The notes: a model not told the origin generated them from the letters alone. 62,067 nucleotides of DNA, filler included, from Hausera hauseri (GCA_046269625.1; 9 parts of 9 records of this genome joined end to end with filler, not necessarily neighbours in it), one strand, 5' to 3'; positions 1 to 14,169 are shown, numbered from the whole stretch's first letter. Program-made: numbers and translations.

Positions 1-529
1 GAATTTCGAACTTTCGACTCGAGATTCGAGCTCGACATGGCCGATTTCCTATCTGTCCCCGATCAATGTTATATCGAATTTTGCTTCCCTAGAGCATATT
101 AAACATATGCTATTTCGCCCACTTTTGCACTTGGGATCGATATTAATCGATAACTAATCGATAAATTTAAATTCTAACTGCATATTCATATACCACACGG
201 AGTTTCCTTTCGAATGCACCCGGACGCATGTCCTAATCATCTATATTGGATTTATCGGAAATTCGATATTATTAATTTTTGCACACTTGCACATGTGCTG
301 CACACCTGCACAGTGCACCAATCGATGCACCTCGATGTGCACTATCGATTATTACTTTTTCCGATCGATTCGATCAATACAGCACTGTTCAGCGATCGAT
401 ATGTCAAAAGTGCAAAAGTGTACCTAGCAACGATGCCTAGCGGCTCCGTTGCTAGGCACTCTATAGATCGATAGTACTCCCGGTGTACTATCGATTGGCA
501 CGTGTCCAAAATTGATTTTTCGATTAAGT

Positions 530-1100
530 TCCCGGGGTGGGACCTAACCACTATTTTTACACTACTCAAGGAGAACTTCTGGCTCGGTTTCCGCCACACA
601 TAAGCACGGCCACTGTTCTAAACAGGTGGAAGCTTCTTTCATCACTGAAACGCACAAATTTTCAGAATTCCGATCCCTTCTGCAATATATCAGTGGACCC
701 ATTTTTACGACTGAAAATATTTTGAGGAGTAAGCAGAGGCTTCAATCGTACTGTACGGCCATTGGAACGCATTTGCTTCAGGTACCGCCTCATGGTAAAA
801 GCGAATACATGAGCCTTCATAGCCATCTGAGACGCTGTCTGAAGAGGATTCAGCTCCACACTTCTTGCAGCCCTCAAATTTCTTTCACTTAGATTTGGTC
901 TGCCCTGATGTTCCAAGACTGTTTTGTTACCAGAACGCCTGAATTATAATATAACCCTGTTTACGGTTGACACAGGGACATGAAGGCTAACCGCTATTGC
1001 TCTTTGTGATTTGTCACATTCCGGTTGCCCAACAATTCCTCCACGAGTGAATTCAGATAACAGCAATGGACCAATTGTCCTAGGCATGATCTAACAAGTA
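530..1100 (-). mobile_element. Degenerate Tc1/mariner transposase fragment (HTH region and first catalytic D)
   Basis: Minus-strand ORF 662..916 reads GRPNLSERNLR..TASQMA..TMRRYLK..KPLLTPQN. After a frameshift it continues as VRFSDERSF, matching the Tc1 V.FSDES.F motif. Confidence 0.75.
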
Positions 1101-1289
1101 AAACTTGATGCAAAGATAAGCAAGAAAAACAAAAATAGCTACATGCACTTAGGAGTGCTCAGATATTACCCATTAAAACAAATGTATATATGAACAAATA
1201 CATTACTTCAATGGGATTAAACAAAACATAGACAGATAGTAATATCATCAATTTATACTCATTATAGAAGTGCCTATTTCCTTATGACA

Positions 1290-4200
1290 ACCCTCTTTCT
1301 CTCCTTCTCTCTCTGTTTCTCTGTTTTTCTATCCCTCTCTGTGTCTTTCTCTCTCTCTAACTCTCTCCCTCCCTCTCTCTCACTCTGTCGCACTCCCTCT
1401 ATCTTTGTCTTACTCTCTCGCTATCACTCTGTATCCCCCTCTCCCACTCTGTCTCCTTCTCTCTCTAACTGTCTCTCTTCCTCTCTGTCTGTTTCTCTTT
1501 TTGTCTTTCTTCCTCCCGTTCTCTCACTGTCCTTGTCTCTTTCGCCCTCTCGCTCTCTTTCTCTCTCGCTCTCTTTCACTTCCTCCATCTCTATCTCTCC
1601 CTTTCTATCTCTCCTTCCCTCTCCCGATCACTATCCCTCTCTCTACCTCTCCCTCGCTCTCTGTCTCTCCATCCCGCTCTCACTCCACCTCTCCCTCTCA
1701 CTCTCGCCCTCTCACACTCTCCCTCAATCTCCCTCTATCCCTCCCTCTCTCTCTCTCCCTCCTTCACTCTGTCTCTCTCTATCCCTCTGTCACTCTTCCT
1801 CTCTCTCTCTCTCTAAATCTCTCAATCTCTTTCTACCCTTCTCCCTATCACCATCCCTCTCCCACTGTCTCCTTCTCTCTCCTTCTCTCTCGCTCTCTCT
1901 ATCTCCCACTCTCTCTCTGCCTTTTTCTCTCTTTCTTACTCTCTCTCTCTATCACTCTCTCTCCCTCTTTGTCTCTCCCTCCTTCTCACTCTCTCCCTCT
2001 CACTTTCTCCTTCTCTCGCTCCATCCCTCTCTCTCGACCTCCCTCCCTCTCTCTCGCCCTCCCTCCCTCTCTCTCCCTTTCTCTCGAACTTTGTCTCTCT
2101 CTACCTCTCTGTCTCTCTTCCTCTCTCTCCCTCTCACTCTCTCCCTCTCACTCTACCTCTCCCTCTCTCTATCTATCTAGCTATCTCCATCTCTCTCTCC
2201 TTCTTCTCGCTCTCTCTTTCTCACACTCTATCTCTGTCTTTCTCTCCCCCTCTCCGTCTCTCTCCCTCTCTCCGCCTCTCTCCATCTCTTTTCGTCTCTC
2301 TCTTTCTCTCTGTCTCTGTCTCTCTCCCTTTCTCTCTTTGTTTCTCTCCCAATCTCTCTGTCTTTCTCTCTCTATCAATCTCTTTCTCTCTCCCTCTGTT
2401 CGTCTCTTGCCCTCTATCTCTCTTCCTCTATGTGTCTGTCATTCTCCCCTTTTCTGTCTGTTTTTCTCCAAATCTTTCTGTCTTTCTCTCTCTATCAATC
2501 TCTTTCTCTCCCTCTCTCTCACTCCCTCTCACTACCCCTCTCTTGCTCTCTCTTTCTCCTACTTTCTCTTTGTCTTTCCCTCTCTATCGTTTTCTCTCCC
2601 TCTCCGTCACACTCTCACTCCGTCTCTCTATCTGTCTCTTTGTCTCTCGCTCTATCTCTCTCTATCCCTCTCTCTACCTCTCTCTCGCGCTATCTCCCTC
2701 TCTCTCCCCGTCTTTCTTTATCCTTCTGTCACACGTTCCCTCCTACTCTCTCTGTCTTTCCCTCTCTCCCTCTCTCTCGTTCTCCTTCTCACTCAGTCTC
2801 TCGTGCACTATCTCAATCTCTCCCACTCTCTCTATATCTCTTTCTCCCTCTCTATCTCTGTCCCCCTCTCTGTCCTTCTCTCTCTCTATCTCTCTCCCTC
2901 TCCCTCTCCCTATCCCTCTCTCTATCACTCTCCCTATCCTCCTCCCGCTCTACCACTCTCTATCTCCCCTCTCTCCCTCTCTCTCTGTCTCTGTCGCTAT
3001 ACATCTATATCTCTCTCTATCTCTCCCCCTCTCTCTCCCTCTCTCTCCTTGTCTCTCGCTCTCTCTCTCACTCTCTCTGTCTTTCTCTCTCTCAGTCTCT
3101 CTCCCCATCTCTCTCTCTTCCTCTCACTCTCTCCTTCTCACTTTCTCCCTCTCTCTCTGTGCCCCCTCACTCACTCCCTCACTCTCTCCGTCTCTCCCAC
3201 TCTCTCTCACTCTCTCTGACTCGTTCTGTGTCCCTTTATCTCTCTCTATGTCTCTCACTCTCTCTCAATCTCTCTCTACCTCTCTCTCTCGCAATCTCCC
3301 TGTCTTTCTCTCCGTCTCTCTCTCTATCCTTCTATCTCTCTGTCGCTCCCACTCTTTCTCTATGTCTCGCCCTCTTCCTCTATGTCTCTCTCTGCCTCTC
3401 TGTCCTTCTATCTATCTATCTCCCTGCATTTTTCTCCCTCTCCCTCTCTCTATCTCTCTCCCTCACTCTCTCAAACTCACTGTCTTCCTCTCGCTCTCTC
3501 CCTCTCTCCATCTCTCTCTACCTCTCTCCCGTTCTCTCTCCTTGTCTCTCGCTCTCTCTCCCACTCTCTCTCCTTCTCTCTTTCGCTCGCTCTCTCCCTC
3601 TCTCTCCTTCTCTCTTACTTTCTCTCTCTGCCTCTCTCCCTCTCACTCTCTCCCTCTAACTTTCTCCCTCTTACTCTCTCCCTCGCACTCCCTTCATCTT
3701 ACTTTCTCCCTCTCTCTATCGCTACGTTCCACCATCTTTCTGTCTCCCTTACTCTCTGCGTCTCTCTCTCTCTCTCTCCATCTCCATATATATCTCTCTC
3801 TGTCCCTCTGTCGCTCCTACTCTCTCTGTCTCTCTTCCCCTCTCTCTCTGTCACTCTCTCATTCTACCCCCTCCCTCTCGCTCTGTCTTTCTCTCTCTCC
3901 CTTTCACTCTCGTACTCTCTCCCACTCTCTCTGGCTCTCCCTCTCACTCTCACTCGCTGTTACTCTCCCACTCTCCCTCCCTCCCTCTCTCTCGTCCTTT
4001 CTCTATCTCTTCTTCCCCTGACGCTCTCTCTCCCTCTATCTCTCTGGCTTTCTCCCTCTCTCTCTATCTCTCGCTCTCTGTCCTTCGCTCTCTCCGTCTC
4101 TCTCGCTCTCTCTTTCTCCCACTCTCTCTGTCTTTCTCTTTCTCTCTCCCTCTCCATCACTCTATCACTCCCTGTCTGCCTGTCTGTTTCTATCTCTCTA

Positions 4201-6150
4201 TCTTTTTCTTCCACTCTCTCACCCTCTCTCTGACTCTTTCTCACTCTCTCTCCCTCACTCTCTCTCTCCCTATCTGTCTCTCTATCACTCGCACTCTCTC
4301 CCTCTCACTTTTTCCCTCTCTTGCTCCATTCCATTCTCTTTCTGTCTCCCTTATTCTCTCCATCTCTCTCTCCCTCACTCTCTCTGTCTCGCTCTCTCTG
4401 TCCCTCTATCTCTCTATATGTCTCTTTCTCCCTGTCTCTCCCCACTCTCTCTGTCTTTCGCTCTTTCTCTCGCTCTATCCCTATCCGTCACTCTCTCACT
4501 CCCTCTCCCTCTGTCTGTCTGTCTCTATATATCTCCCTCCCTCTCTCCCCCCTCATTCTCTCTGTCTCTCACTCTATCCCTCTATCGCTCTCTATCTCTC
4601 TCCCTCTCTCCGTCTCTCTCCCTCTCTCTGTCTTTCTCTCTGTATCTGTCTCTCTCCCCTTCTCTCTCTGTTTCTCTCCCAATCTCCCTGTCTTTTTCTC
4701 TATCAATCTCTTTCTCTCCCCTCTCTCTCCCTCTAACTTTCTCCTTCTCTCTCGCTCCGTCACACTCTATTTCTGTCTCCCTTACTCTCTCCGTCTCTCT
4801 CCCTCACTCGCTCTGTCCCACTATCTCTCTCTCTATGTCTCTCCCTCTCTCTCTCAATCTCTCTCTACCTCTCGCTCTCTCCCTATCTCCTTGTCTTTCT
4901 GTCCGTCTCTCTCTATCCTTCACTCTCCCTATCTCTCTCTCCTCCTCTCTCCCCTCCCTCTCTACCACGCTCTATCTCCTCTCTCTCCCTCTCTCCGTCT
5001 CCCGCCCTTCTCTCCGTCACCCACTCTCGCTCTCTTTCTCTCTGTGTCTACCTCTTTCTCCTTCTCTCTCTGTTTCCCATCCACTCTCTCTATCTTTCTC
5101 TATCAATCTCTTTTTCTCTCCCTCTCTTTCCCCCTCTCTCCCTCCCTCTCTCTCCCCTCTCTTTCTTTCTCCCACTCTCTCTGTCTTTTTCGCTCTCTAC
5201 CTCTCTCTCTCACTATCTCCCTCTCTCTCCCTGTCTCTCTTTATCCTTCTCTCACACGCTCTCTCCCTTTCTCTCTTTCTCACTCCCTGTCGCTCTGTCT
5301 TTCTGTCTCTCCCTCTCACTCTCGTACTCTCTCCCTCTCTCTCTGTCTCTCTCCCACTCTCACTCGCCGTCATTCTCTCACTCTCCCTCCCTCTCTCTCT
5401 CGCCCTTCCTCTATCTCTTCTTCCCCTGTCGCTCTCTCTCCCTCTATCTCTCTGGCTTTCTCCCTCTCTCCCTATCTCTCGCTCTCTTTCTATCTCTCTC
5501 TAACTCTCTCTGTCTCCCTCACTCTCTCCGTCTCTTTCACTCTCCCTCACTCTCTCTGTGTCGCTCTCTATGTCCCTGTATCTCTCTCTAAGTCTCGCCA
5601 TTTCTCTCTCAATCTCTCTCTACCTCTCTCTCGCAATCTCCCTCTCTCTCTCCGTCTCTCTCTATCCTTCTCTCTCTATCGCTCCCACTCTCTATCTTTG
5701 TCTCTCCCTCTTCCTCTCTGTCACTCTCTCTGCTTCTCTGGCCCTCTCTCTATTTATCTCGCTCTCTTCATCTTTCTCTACTTCTCCTTCTCTCTCGCTC
5801 TCTCTCCCTCACTCTCTCTTTCCCTCTCTGTCTCTCTCTCCCTCTCTACAACTCTCTATCTCCACCTATCTCCCTCCCTCTTTCTATCCCCCTCTCTCGC
5901 TCTGTGTCTCTCTCTCCCTCTTTGTCTTTCTTTCGCTCTCCGTCTCACTCCTCCCTTTCTCTGTGTCTCTATCTCTCCCACTCTCTCTGTCTCTCTACCC
6001 CTCTCTCTGTCACTCTGTCACTTTCTCTCTCTCACTCTCTCCGTCTCCATCTCTCCCCCTTCCTCACTCTCTCAGTCTCGCTCTCTCTCCCTCTCTCTTT
6101 CTGTTCCACTCTCTCTCACTCCCTCTCTCTGTCTTTCCCTCTTTCTCTCA
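1290..6150. repeat. About 4.9-kb degenerate (CT)n polypyrimidine tract with internal duplications
   Basis: Overwhelmingly C/T on the + strand. Longer words recur, e.g. TATCAATCTCTTTCTCTC near 2370, 2490 and 4700, and GCTCTCTCTCCCTCTATCTCTCTGGCTTTCTCCCTCTC near 4023 and 5431. Confidence 0.97.
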
Positions 6151-6419
6151 AAGGAATACGGTACTTAACAGCCAAGCCCATCGAGGAAATCTCGTTTCGA
6201 GACCTTAGAACCTTGGGCTTTTGTCCCGAATATCGGTAAATCGTTGAAGAAGCGGTGAAGTTCTTACATCAGCCACAAGGATGGATGGACGGAACGGATC
6301 AAATGCATCACACATAACTGATTAAAATAAAGAATGATCCCCACCTTAGCTTTGAAGAAATCAAATTTGTTAAAACGTTACTAGATGCAATAGCTCCATA
6401 TTCAAAAGGTAACAACGAA

Positions 6420-7140
6420 ATGTATGAACTAGCGCTGCTGATAGTGGAAATGGAGGAAATTAATGACGAGAAACTAAGGCAATTGTTGCAGCAGATACAG
6501 CAAGTCGAAGAAACTTGCATTAAAACAAAACAGAGAACGATAAGGTTAGATGAATTAACTAAAGAACCCGAAGTCTATAAAAACAAATATACCTTTACAG
6601 AGGCACAAAAGGCGGACAATTCACAATTCGTGCAAAGATGGCTAAGAGATGTCGCTTCGGAACTAAGAAACTGTCAAGAACAAGGACTGATTCCGACCGA
6701 AGAATTATGTTCGTTGTTAACCCTGCTACACCCAACTTCTGCTAATGGACGCTGTTTCCGGACAACGAAGATGGTCCAATTGCAACAAATACTACAAGAA
6801 CTCAGAAAAACCATATGGACCGCAGGTGTGGATAGGCCAACTGATGCACCGTCAAGGGACTATGGACTGTCAGATAATGCGAATGAACCAGAATTGGAGG
6901 CATATTTAGATGGAGTGATTGCCGAAAACCCGAGAACTCCCATACGATTGAGGGAAACAGCGGTGTACCCTTCGGACCAAAAATTCAATGTGGGAATGCT
7001 TCTGGACCCATTTAATTAAGCTAATTAACGTAAACCTCACCGAGACTCGATTAAGACAGTTAGTCCCCACTCTAAATAGATTAGCCAACAAAGGTATAAT
7101 TTATAGTGTGGCATCTAAGCTTTTAATTAAAAATATGCTA
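6420..7140 (+). pseudogene. Gag-like region of gypsy copy 1
   Basis: First ORF of the element (6420..7019, helical and charged), in the same frame as ORF 7146. Assigned mainly by position. Confidence 0.55.
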
Positions 7141-7166
7141 AAATCTTGAAGGAAAAGGCCGAGGAG

Positions 7167-7382
7167 ACGATCATAGTAAAGATAGCATCTGACTGGATGG
7201 AAGAAAGGGAACATGAATTTACTACGCGCTCCCTTGTGAGAGATGTATTATTATGGATAAAGAGCAATGGATACACCCATGAGCTAAACTACAGACTTTA
7301 TTTTAGAGGAAGAATACTAGACAAATTAGAATTATTAGTAGAAGTCGAAATTATTCCGGGTGAAGTAAACAGGATAGTGGTA
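7167..7382 (+). pseudogene. Ubiquitin-like domain within the gypsy polyprotein
   Basis: TIIVKIAS..EHEFTTRSLVRDVLLWI..NYRLYFRGRILDKLELLVEVEIIPGEVNRIVV follows the Ubl pattern RLIF.G+.L....L....I..G. No C-terminal GG. Confidence 0.6.
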
Positions 7383-8116
7383 ACAATTCCTACCGACGAG
7401 ACAAAAGAAGAAGCCATAAGGAAGGCAAAAGTAGAACAGTGGGTAGGACGAATCATAGAAGTTCAAGACCCAGCAATGTATTTTGAATATCTACAAACCA
7501 ACGAAGACAAGAAACAATACAATAAGAATCTAGCGCCGACCAGTAAGGTCGCACCAACTGTAATAAAACAGAAGCGTTCCATCGGTAGACCACAGAAACG
7601 GGAGAAGAAATCAATTATAATGGAGACTTAATTAGAGAATTGAGGCAAATGTCCATGGCAACCTTCAGCACCAATGACGAAGAACTAAAGAAACTCATGG
7701 AAAAATTGATACGGATAGTGAAGCACCCTAGTCTCGGTGGCGGCAAACTGGACGAAAAAGAAAAGGCTATATTTAACGCATCCAAAACTATGAAAAGTTT
7801 TTGCTATAAATTATCCAGTAGTACCTTAAGCGATGAAATGGCAATCGAGGAAATTATTATATAGAACACCGTAGAGGAATAAATGAAAGCGTTGCTATTT
7901 TTGGCCGTTAAAATCAATCCGGCCCGAGATAACGAATTCAATAAGGCCCTTAGCTTGGTGAGAAAGGCTTCCAGGTAACTACCACGAGAAATGAGTTGGC
8001 CTAAATTATTTGAAAGAGAAGAGGAAGGGCAAAATAAGTCTTTCCTTGGCAATAATAGAGTTGAAGACTTGTTACGGAACGTAACCGGAAATAATAGAGA
8101 AAACGAGTCAAACTGA

Positions 8117-9945
8117 ATAATTAACTCCTTAACCATGATGATGCTAATAAGGCAGATAGGTGCCGTTACAGTTTATGACTGTGACAAATTTAGACTCGTC
8201 AGAGATGCTCATTAATGGACTTAGAAGTGTGTGAAGACGCGAGACCACATAAATTAGAAACAAAAGAGAAAAATTACGTGCTATATCAACAACGCGAACT
8301 AGTTACCTCACACGGAGTAAAATATGTGTTGCGACGATCTCGCAGCATTTTCCATTGTGGGCTGGTACATGGACACTCATCAATAATCAAGCCAACAACC
8401 CCACCAATTCCGATGAATTTAGAATGTCAGCATTGTAAGCAAGCTAGAGAGATAGGCAGAATAAAATGGGACGGCATAAAACTGGAAATGCAGCAAGGGA
8501 AAATAATCAGAGTATATAAAGTAGCAGCAGGAAGGCTAGACATTCACACCGGACATTGTTATGGTGCAGAATACAATACTGGGAAAGGATTAGAGTCGAA
8601 CATCGTAGTGGTAGATTTGTACGAAACTGAAATGCACCTACAGAAGGCGATGTTCCATAGCGTTACTAAGCTTTACACAGAAAACCACAAGTGCCACATT
8701 CAGGATGGCACATGCTACTTTCGGAATTCTATAGTAATTTGGGAACCCCCGACTAAGACCGATTGCAACTTTATTAGAATTAAAGAGCTTAAGTTCAATG
8801 AGACGACCGGAAAGCGATACATAAGTAATGCGGAAACCAACTCCAAAACACGAGAAGATGTAGCCGAATAACCCACACCTATTACATTGATTTCGGATAC
8901 TCATGGATTAAAATTCGTGAAGAAAGACGCGCTCACGAGATGCGATATCATAGTGTATGCCACAAATTACGAAGCATTCTTTATAGCTGCGACAGAAATA
9001 AACGCCAGAACATTTAAGCTCGAGACTCAAGACATTCGAATTGAGGATTATCTAAAAAACAGAGACGACTATTTCTACTATAAAGGGCAAACGGGAATAG
9101 CTGAATTGTATCACCAGATGATAACAAATGGCTGCAAATTACACTTGACGGTTATGAGAATTAAACTGCCTTTAATATATGCTAACCCCGAACTAGCATC
9201 ACCAATAATTCCAATGAAAAAAGGCGTTTTCCGACGAGTAACAGGAGAAGTCCTACTGACCTATGAATGTAAAAAAAGGATGTACCCATTAACGTGGAAG
9301 AAAAGAGGTGTATACAAGAGCTCCCAGTGATATACCAAGACGTACCGAGATTAGTAACACCAATTACCAGAGTGTTGTTGGCAAACTCTACCAAACCGAC
9401 AATCCTGAGAGACTACAAGACCAGCTTAGGCGAACCAATGTTCAGACGTAGCGAAACCGATTGAGTAAGTTTACCAAACGGCGGTATAACTACGCCGCCC
9501 ACCAAATTAACCGGAATAAACTTAATGAAAGGGATAACCGATGATAAATTTCAAGATACGGCCGCAAAGGGTATTTACCGACCAAAGGAAGTAGATGCGT
9601 TCCGACAATTTCTCTCTTTCCCTTGTCAGAGCACACATGAATTAAACAGAGAAATGCACACAATACTAGAGGACTCACGTTACCAAACGAAGTGGGAATC
9701 TTTACTTGGCGTCAACTACTACAAAAGGGTAACTACGGAAATATTGTACAAAATTTGGGAAAGATTTCTGGTATTCGGACAAGCCGCATCGGGGTTCCTA
9801 GCAATTTACTTTTTGATTCAGCTGGTAAAAGCGATAATTTAAGCAATCATAAATGGATATGAGATATTCACCTTGACAGGATTTTCGTGACAAATTTTAA
9901 CGGCCATTATTACACCCTTCGGCAAATTTTTAAAGGCCTGTGAAG
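8117..9945 (+). pseudogene. Chuvirus-like (class III-type) envelope glycoprotein, copy 1
   Basis: Hydrophobic signal followed by VYDC, LYQQ, FHCG..GHSSI, AGRL..HCYG, C..QDGTC..W, CKL, GEV..YEC, C..ELPV, TPITRVL, GIY, FP. Then IWERFLVFGQAASGFLAIYFLIQLVKAII and a second hydrophobic stretch. This is the motif order of chuvirus-type G proteins. Confidence 0.85.
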
Positions 9946-10474
9946 AAAGTAGATGGAAAGCAGAGATAGAACGTCATGTGGGCTACCACAATCGGAACCG
10001 TAAGAGAAGGCACATATTCAACTATAAGAAAAAATTTATAAATACAGAAATACGGAGAAATAATTCTGACAATGTCGAGCCTAAGGGAGGAGACGCCATT
10101 CCCCAGTAGAACATACACAAAACTACTCTGTTATGAAACTACCTTTGCCAATAATGCCTCCACCGGCACCTATATATGAAGATTGCGAGAAACAATCCAT
10201 GAGTTTGTGCCAGATAGACACCTATCGAAAACCGTTTAGTCTAGAGGATCCCTGTGAAGGAACTAAACACTACGGGATATTGCGTAAGATTCACGAAACG
10301 GAAAGAACGGCTGCCCCACATCGCCGCTTAGCAGTCGACGATCACGGTATAATCTATGCACCTAGAATACTTAGACCAAACGAAAGGCAGTCAACATTTA
10401 CCGGAAGCCGTGAAACACACCATCTTAGAAAGCAAGGAATCCAGCCGCCAGTTAGAAAATAGGAATTAGAAAAC

Positions 10475-11526
10475 GTGAATAGTGCGAATAACGAACTATA
10501 CCCAATTAGAGAGTTAAGACAATTAACCGATCAGCCAGTTGGAACCACTAAAGTTACCATCAACGGCTACAAGGTGTCCACGATACGACACCCCCGAATA
10601 GCACGAAGTTATTACGGTACGACAATCGAAGGTAGGCCCTTCGCAAGAATTCAATTAGAATATTGGGAAGTTTACGCACTGATAGATACAGGATCCAAAA
10701 TATCGCTGATAAGGTATGATTCAATACCACAATTCCTACGGAAACAATTATATCGACCTCCCACAACAGACCCAAGAAGTGTCGGAGCCTTCGGCCAATT
10801 GCTAAAAGCAAGTTCCGATGGAGACAAGAAAATCGTATAATGGGACAATCTTTTCATCATGAATTTTCAAGAATGGAACAATTAATGGATGATGTAGTAT
10901 TGGGATGCGATCTGTTGAGACAACTACCCAACATAGCGATAGATTTAAATGCAGGGAAATTAATAGAACTTGGTCCAATAAAAGGAGTTAAAACCACTAA
11001 AGACAGAAAATTTGCAGAGGTGTGGATTCCCGTGGATGAAAACGTACCGCCGAGAACCGAAATACTAATATATGCTCAGATACGTCAAGATGACGATCAC
11101 CCAGTATATTTTGAGCCAAATGAATCGCTTAATCCGCACATTGTGCTCAGTAACGTTTTGACAATAGTATCAACGGATCGCGTGCCAACCAGATTAACGA
11201 ATAACGCACCAACCCCGATCAAACTCTATGCCAATACCACTTTGGGACACACGTATAGAGTATCATCAATTACTATCGAAGAGAAACCGTACAAAGGTGC
11301 CGAATTTCCACCCAAAGTTGAGATTAAATTTTTACCGGAATCATATTGTCGATTTTACGATTTACTTTGTCGTTATATTTCGATTATCGCGAAAGATGAA
11401 GAAGATATTGGCCGAGCCAAAACCTTAAGACTCACGATTCCACTTAAGAAAAAGCCTGGGTCCAACGATGAAATAGATTTAGAGGATCAAAAAATGCCGA
11501 AATTGTACCCCCTCCACACTTGCTAA
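10475..11526 (+). pseudogene. Aspartic protease and post-protease region, copy 1
   Basis: VYALIDTGSKISLI followed by VVLGCDLL (retropepsin DTG and ILG.D motifs); one frameshift near 10800-10840. Confidence 0.9.
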
Positions 11527-12735
11527 GAACGGAGATAACCAAGGAGGTTGAACGAATATTAAAGGCCGACATAATTAGACCAAGCTACCGATCTTGGTAC
11601 TCACATATACTCATGGTTAAGAAGAAAGTTATCGCCAAGCACCGATTTTGTATCGACTATCGAGCGTTAAACACACTTATGATGAAAGACTCTTTCCCAT
11701 TACCATCGGTAAGGGAAGCTCTGGATAGGCTTTCTGGAGCTAAATGGTTCACAACACTTTATTTACAATCCGGATATTGGCAAGTAGAGATAGAGGAAGA
11801 AGACCGTTATAAAACTGCATTTAAGACACACGACGGTATATATGAATTTAACGTCATGCCATTTGGAATAACTACTGGACCAGCCATCTTTACCCACATG
11901 ATAAACAAAATGCTAATGGGACTGAAACATGCGTTCGCCTACTTGGACGACGTCATGATTGGTCAAAAACGGAAGAGGATCATTTAAAGGATATTGAGGG
12001 TACACTCATGAGACTGGAGCAGGCTGGATTGAAACTGAATCCCAACAAGTGCAAATGGGCTCAGAATGCCGTGTCGTACCTAGGACATATAGTTGGAGAA
12101 GGAGGGTCGAAGCCGGATAAATCATGATTAAGTAAGATATCGGACTGCATGGAACCCCAGAATCAAAATGAATTAAGACACAGGTTATGGTTATGTGAGT
12201 ATTATACTACATATGTACCCGTTAACTCAAAGATAAACGCATCCTTGTACCGCTTGCTTACAAAAGGGATCAAATGGAAATGGACCGATGTCGAACAAAA
12301 AGCTTTCGATGAAATTAAGATGATTCTAACTAGCGAATCCGTTTTAAGATATCCCGACTTCAACCTACCATTCGTAATCAAAACAGACGCCAGTAAGGAA
12401 GGCATCGAATATGAATTAGCTCAGAAACGAGAAGATGAGGAGCTAGAACATCCGATCGCATATGGAGGGCGCTCTCTAAAGAAAGATGAAAAGAACTATT
12501 CTGTAACGGAGTTGGAAACGTTAGCGGTGAAGGAAGCCCTGCGACATTTTACCGTGTAAGTCTATTGACAGAGAATTGTAATCGTCACTGATCACACAGC
12601 GGTCACGACCTTGAAGGGTAGAGTAAATAATCCAACCTGTAGATTTAACAGATGGATCAAGAAGATCTCACGTTACAATATTGAATTCCAATACAAGCCC
12701 GGAAATAAAGATGTCGATGCCGATGCATTATAGAG
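11520..12735 (+). pseudogene. Reverse transcriptase and RNase H, copy 1
   Basis: RT motifs RFCIDYRALN, LQSGYWQV, KTAF, MPFG, AYLDD. RNase H motifs TDAS, YSVTELETLAV, TDH, DADAL. Confidence 0.95.
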
Positions 12736-12766
12736 ACTTAAAACTAAAACAAGCACGGTTACGGTA

Positions 12767-14090
12767 ATGAGGAAAGCCCATCTCGAAGACTTAGTAGAAA
12801 GACAACGGACTCTCACACTGGGTAAGGCATGGAAGATTGCTGTCGAGCAGAGGAAAGACAAAGTTATACAACAAATTGTCGAGTTCGTTGATACCAACAA
12901 AACACCAAAGGGTCATCAGTTACGGAAACACGTACGACGACATGGTCACAAATACTGCGCCGCAGGAGATTTGGACCACGAAAATGTGTTGTACTACGAA
13001 CGAAAAGGACGAAAATTAGTCGTCATACCAAAAATATTACGTGCGTAAGTACTAATTGCCGAACACGACTCATACCTAGCCGGACATATATCATGAAAGA
13101 AGACATTGGAAATAATATTAAATAAATATTATTGGCCGAGCATTTACGTCGACGTGAGAAATTGGGTGAATGCTTGTGAAGTATGCGCAACCAAACAGAG
13201 AAAAGTGAAAAACTACATCACCGAACTGAAACCCATTAATGTGACGGATAGACAAATGCAGGCAATGTCCATGGATATTGTAAAACCATTGCCTACGACT
13301 CACAAAAACAACAAATACATTTTGACCTGTGTAGATAGATTGACTCATTTCGTCGAGCTTATAGTGTTAATAGGCCAAAAGGCCGAGACTTTGGCAGAAG
13401 TAGTAGTTCGGAAGAATATTTGCAGATACGGACCGCCTGAACGAATTTTGATAGACCGAGGCAAAAACTTTACGAGCAAATTGTTCGAAAAAATTACCGA
13501 AATTTTCGAGACTAAACGACTAACTACCACAGCTTATCATCCACAATGTAATGGAATGGTTGAACGGATGAACGCAACAGTTATACGAGTCTTATCGACA
13601 GTAATCGCAAAAGACCAGAGAGATTGAAATAAGTTCTTAGAAGGTACACAGTTTGCCATTAATACTACTCTACATCCTGCGACACGATTCACTTCGTTTT
13701 TCATGATGTACGGCAGAGAAGCTGTACTACCTACAAATTTAGAACTGATCCCATACACAATAAGAACGGAAGATTTAGAGCAAATTTTGTCGAAGTATTG
13801 CAATTGAGATTACACAAGTGTTGGAAAATAGCCAAGGAATTATCTAGGGAATATTAGGAACAAATCAAGAAGCAATTCGACAAGAAGGCGAAACCACACG
13901 ACCTAGAACCAGGAAACTGGGTTTACGTACACTATCCAGTGGCAAAGAAAGGCACATATCTCAAACTTACTAGGACAGGCAGAGGACCTTATGAGGTTAC
14001 CAAAACTACACCAACCACGGTTTATATAAATAAAAACGGCAAGGAAGAGGTCGTATCGATTCAGGGTGTAGTTAAAACCGAGATATGATA
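12767..14090 (+). pseudogene. Integrase, copy 1
   Basis: H..GH, YYWP, CEVC zinc finger; SMDIV, IDRG, YHPQCNGMVER core; GPY. Confidence 0.93.
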
Positions 14091-14169
14091 AAGTAAACGC
14101 TGCAATCTGCGTTATAGCATAGCAAAATCGGAATATACGAACAGAGAAAAGAAAACATCGTCCATAACG

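Noticed and set aside
1-510. ATCGAT-rich palindromic region as a defined MITE
   Set aside because: Probably a non-autonomous DNA transposon, but I could not fix terminal repeats or a TSD.
1284-6239. Many long Ser/Leu- or Arg/Glu-rich ORFs (up to 615 aa)
   Set aside because: By-products of a CT repeat with few stop codons, open in several frames at once.
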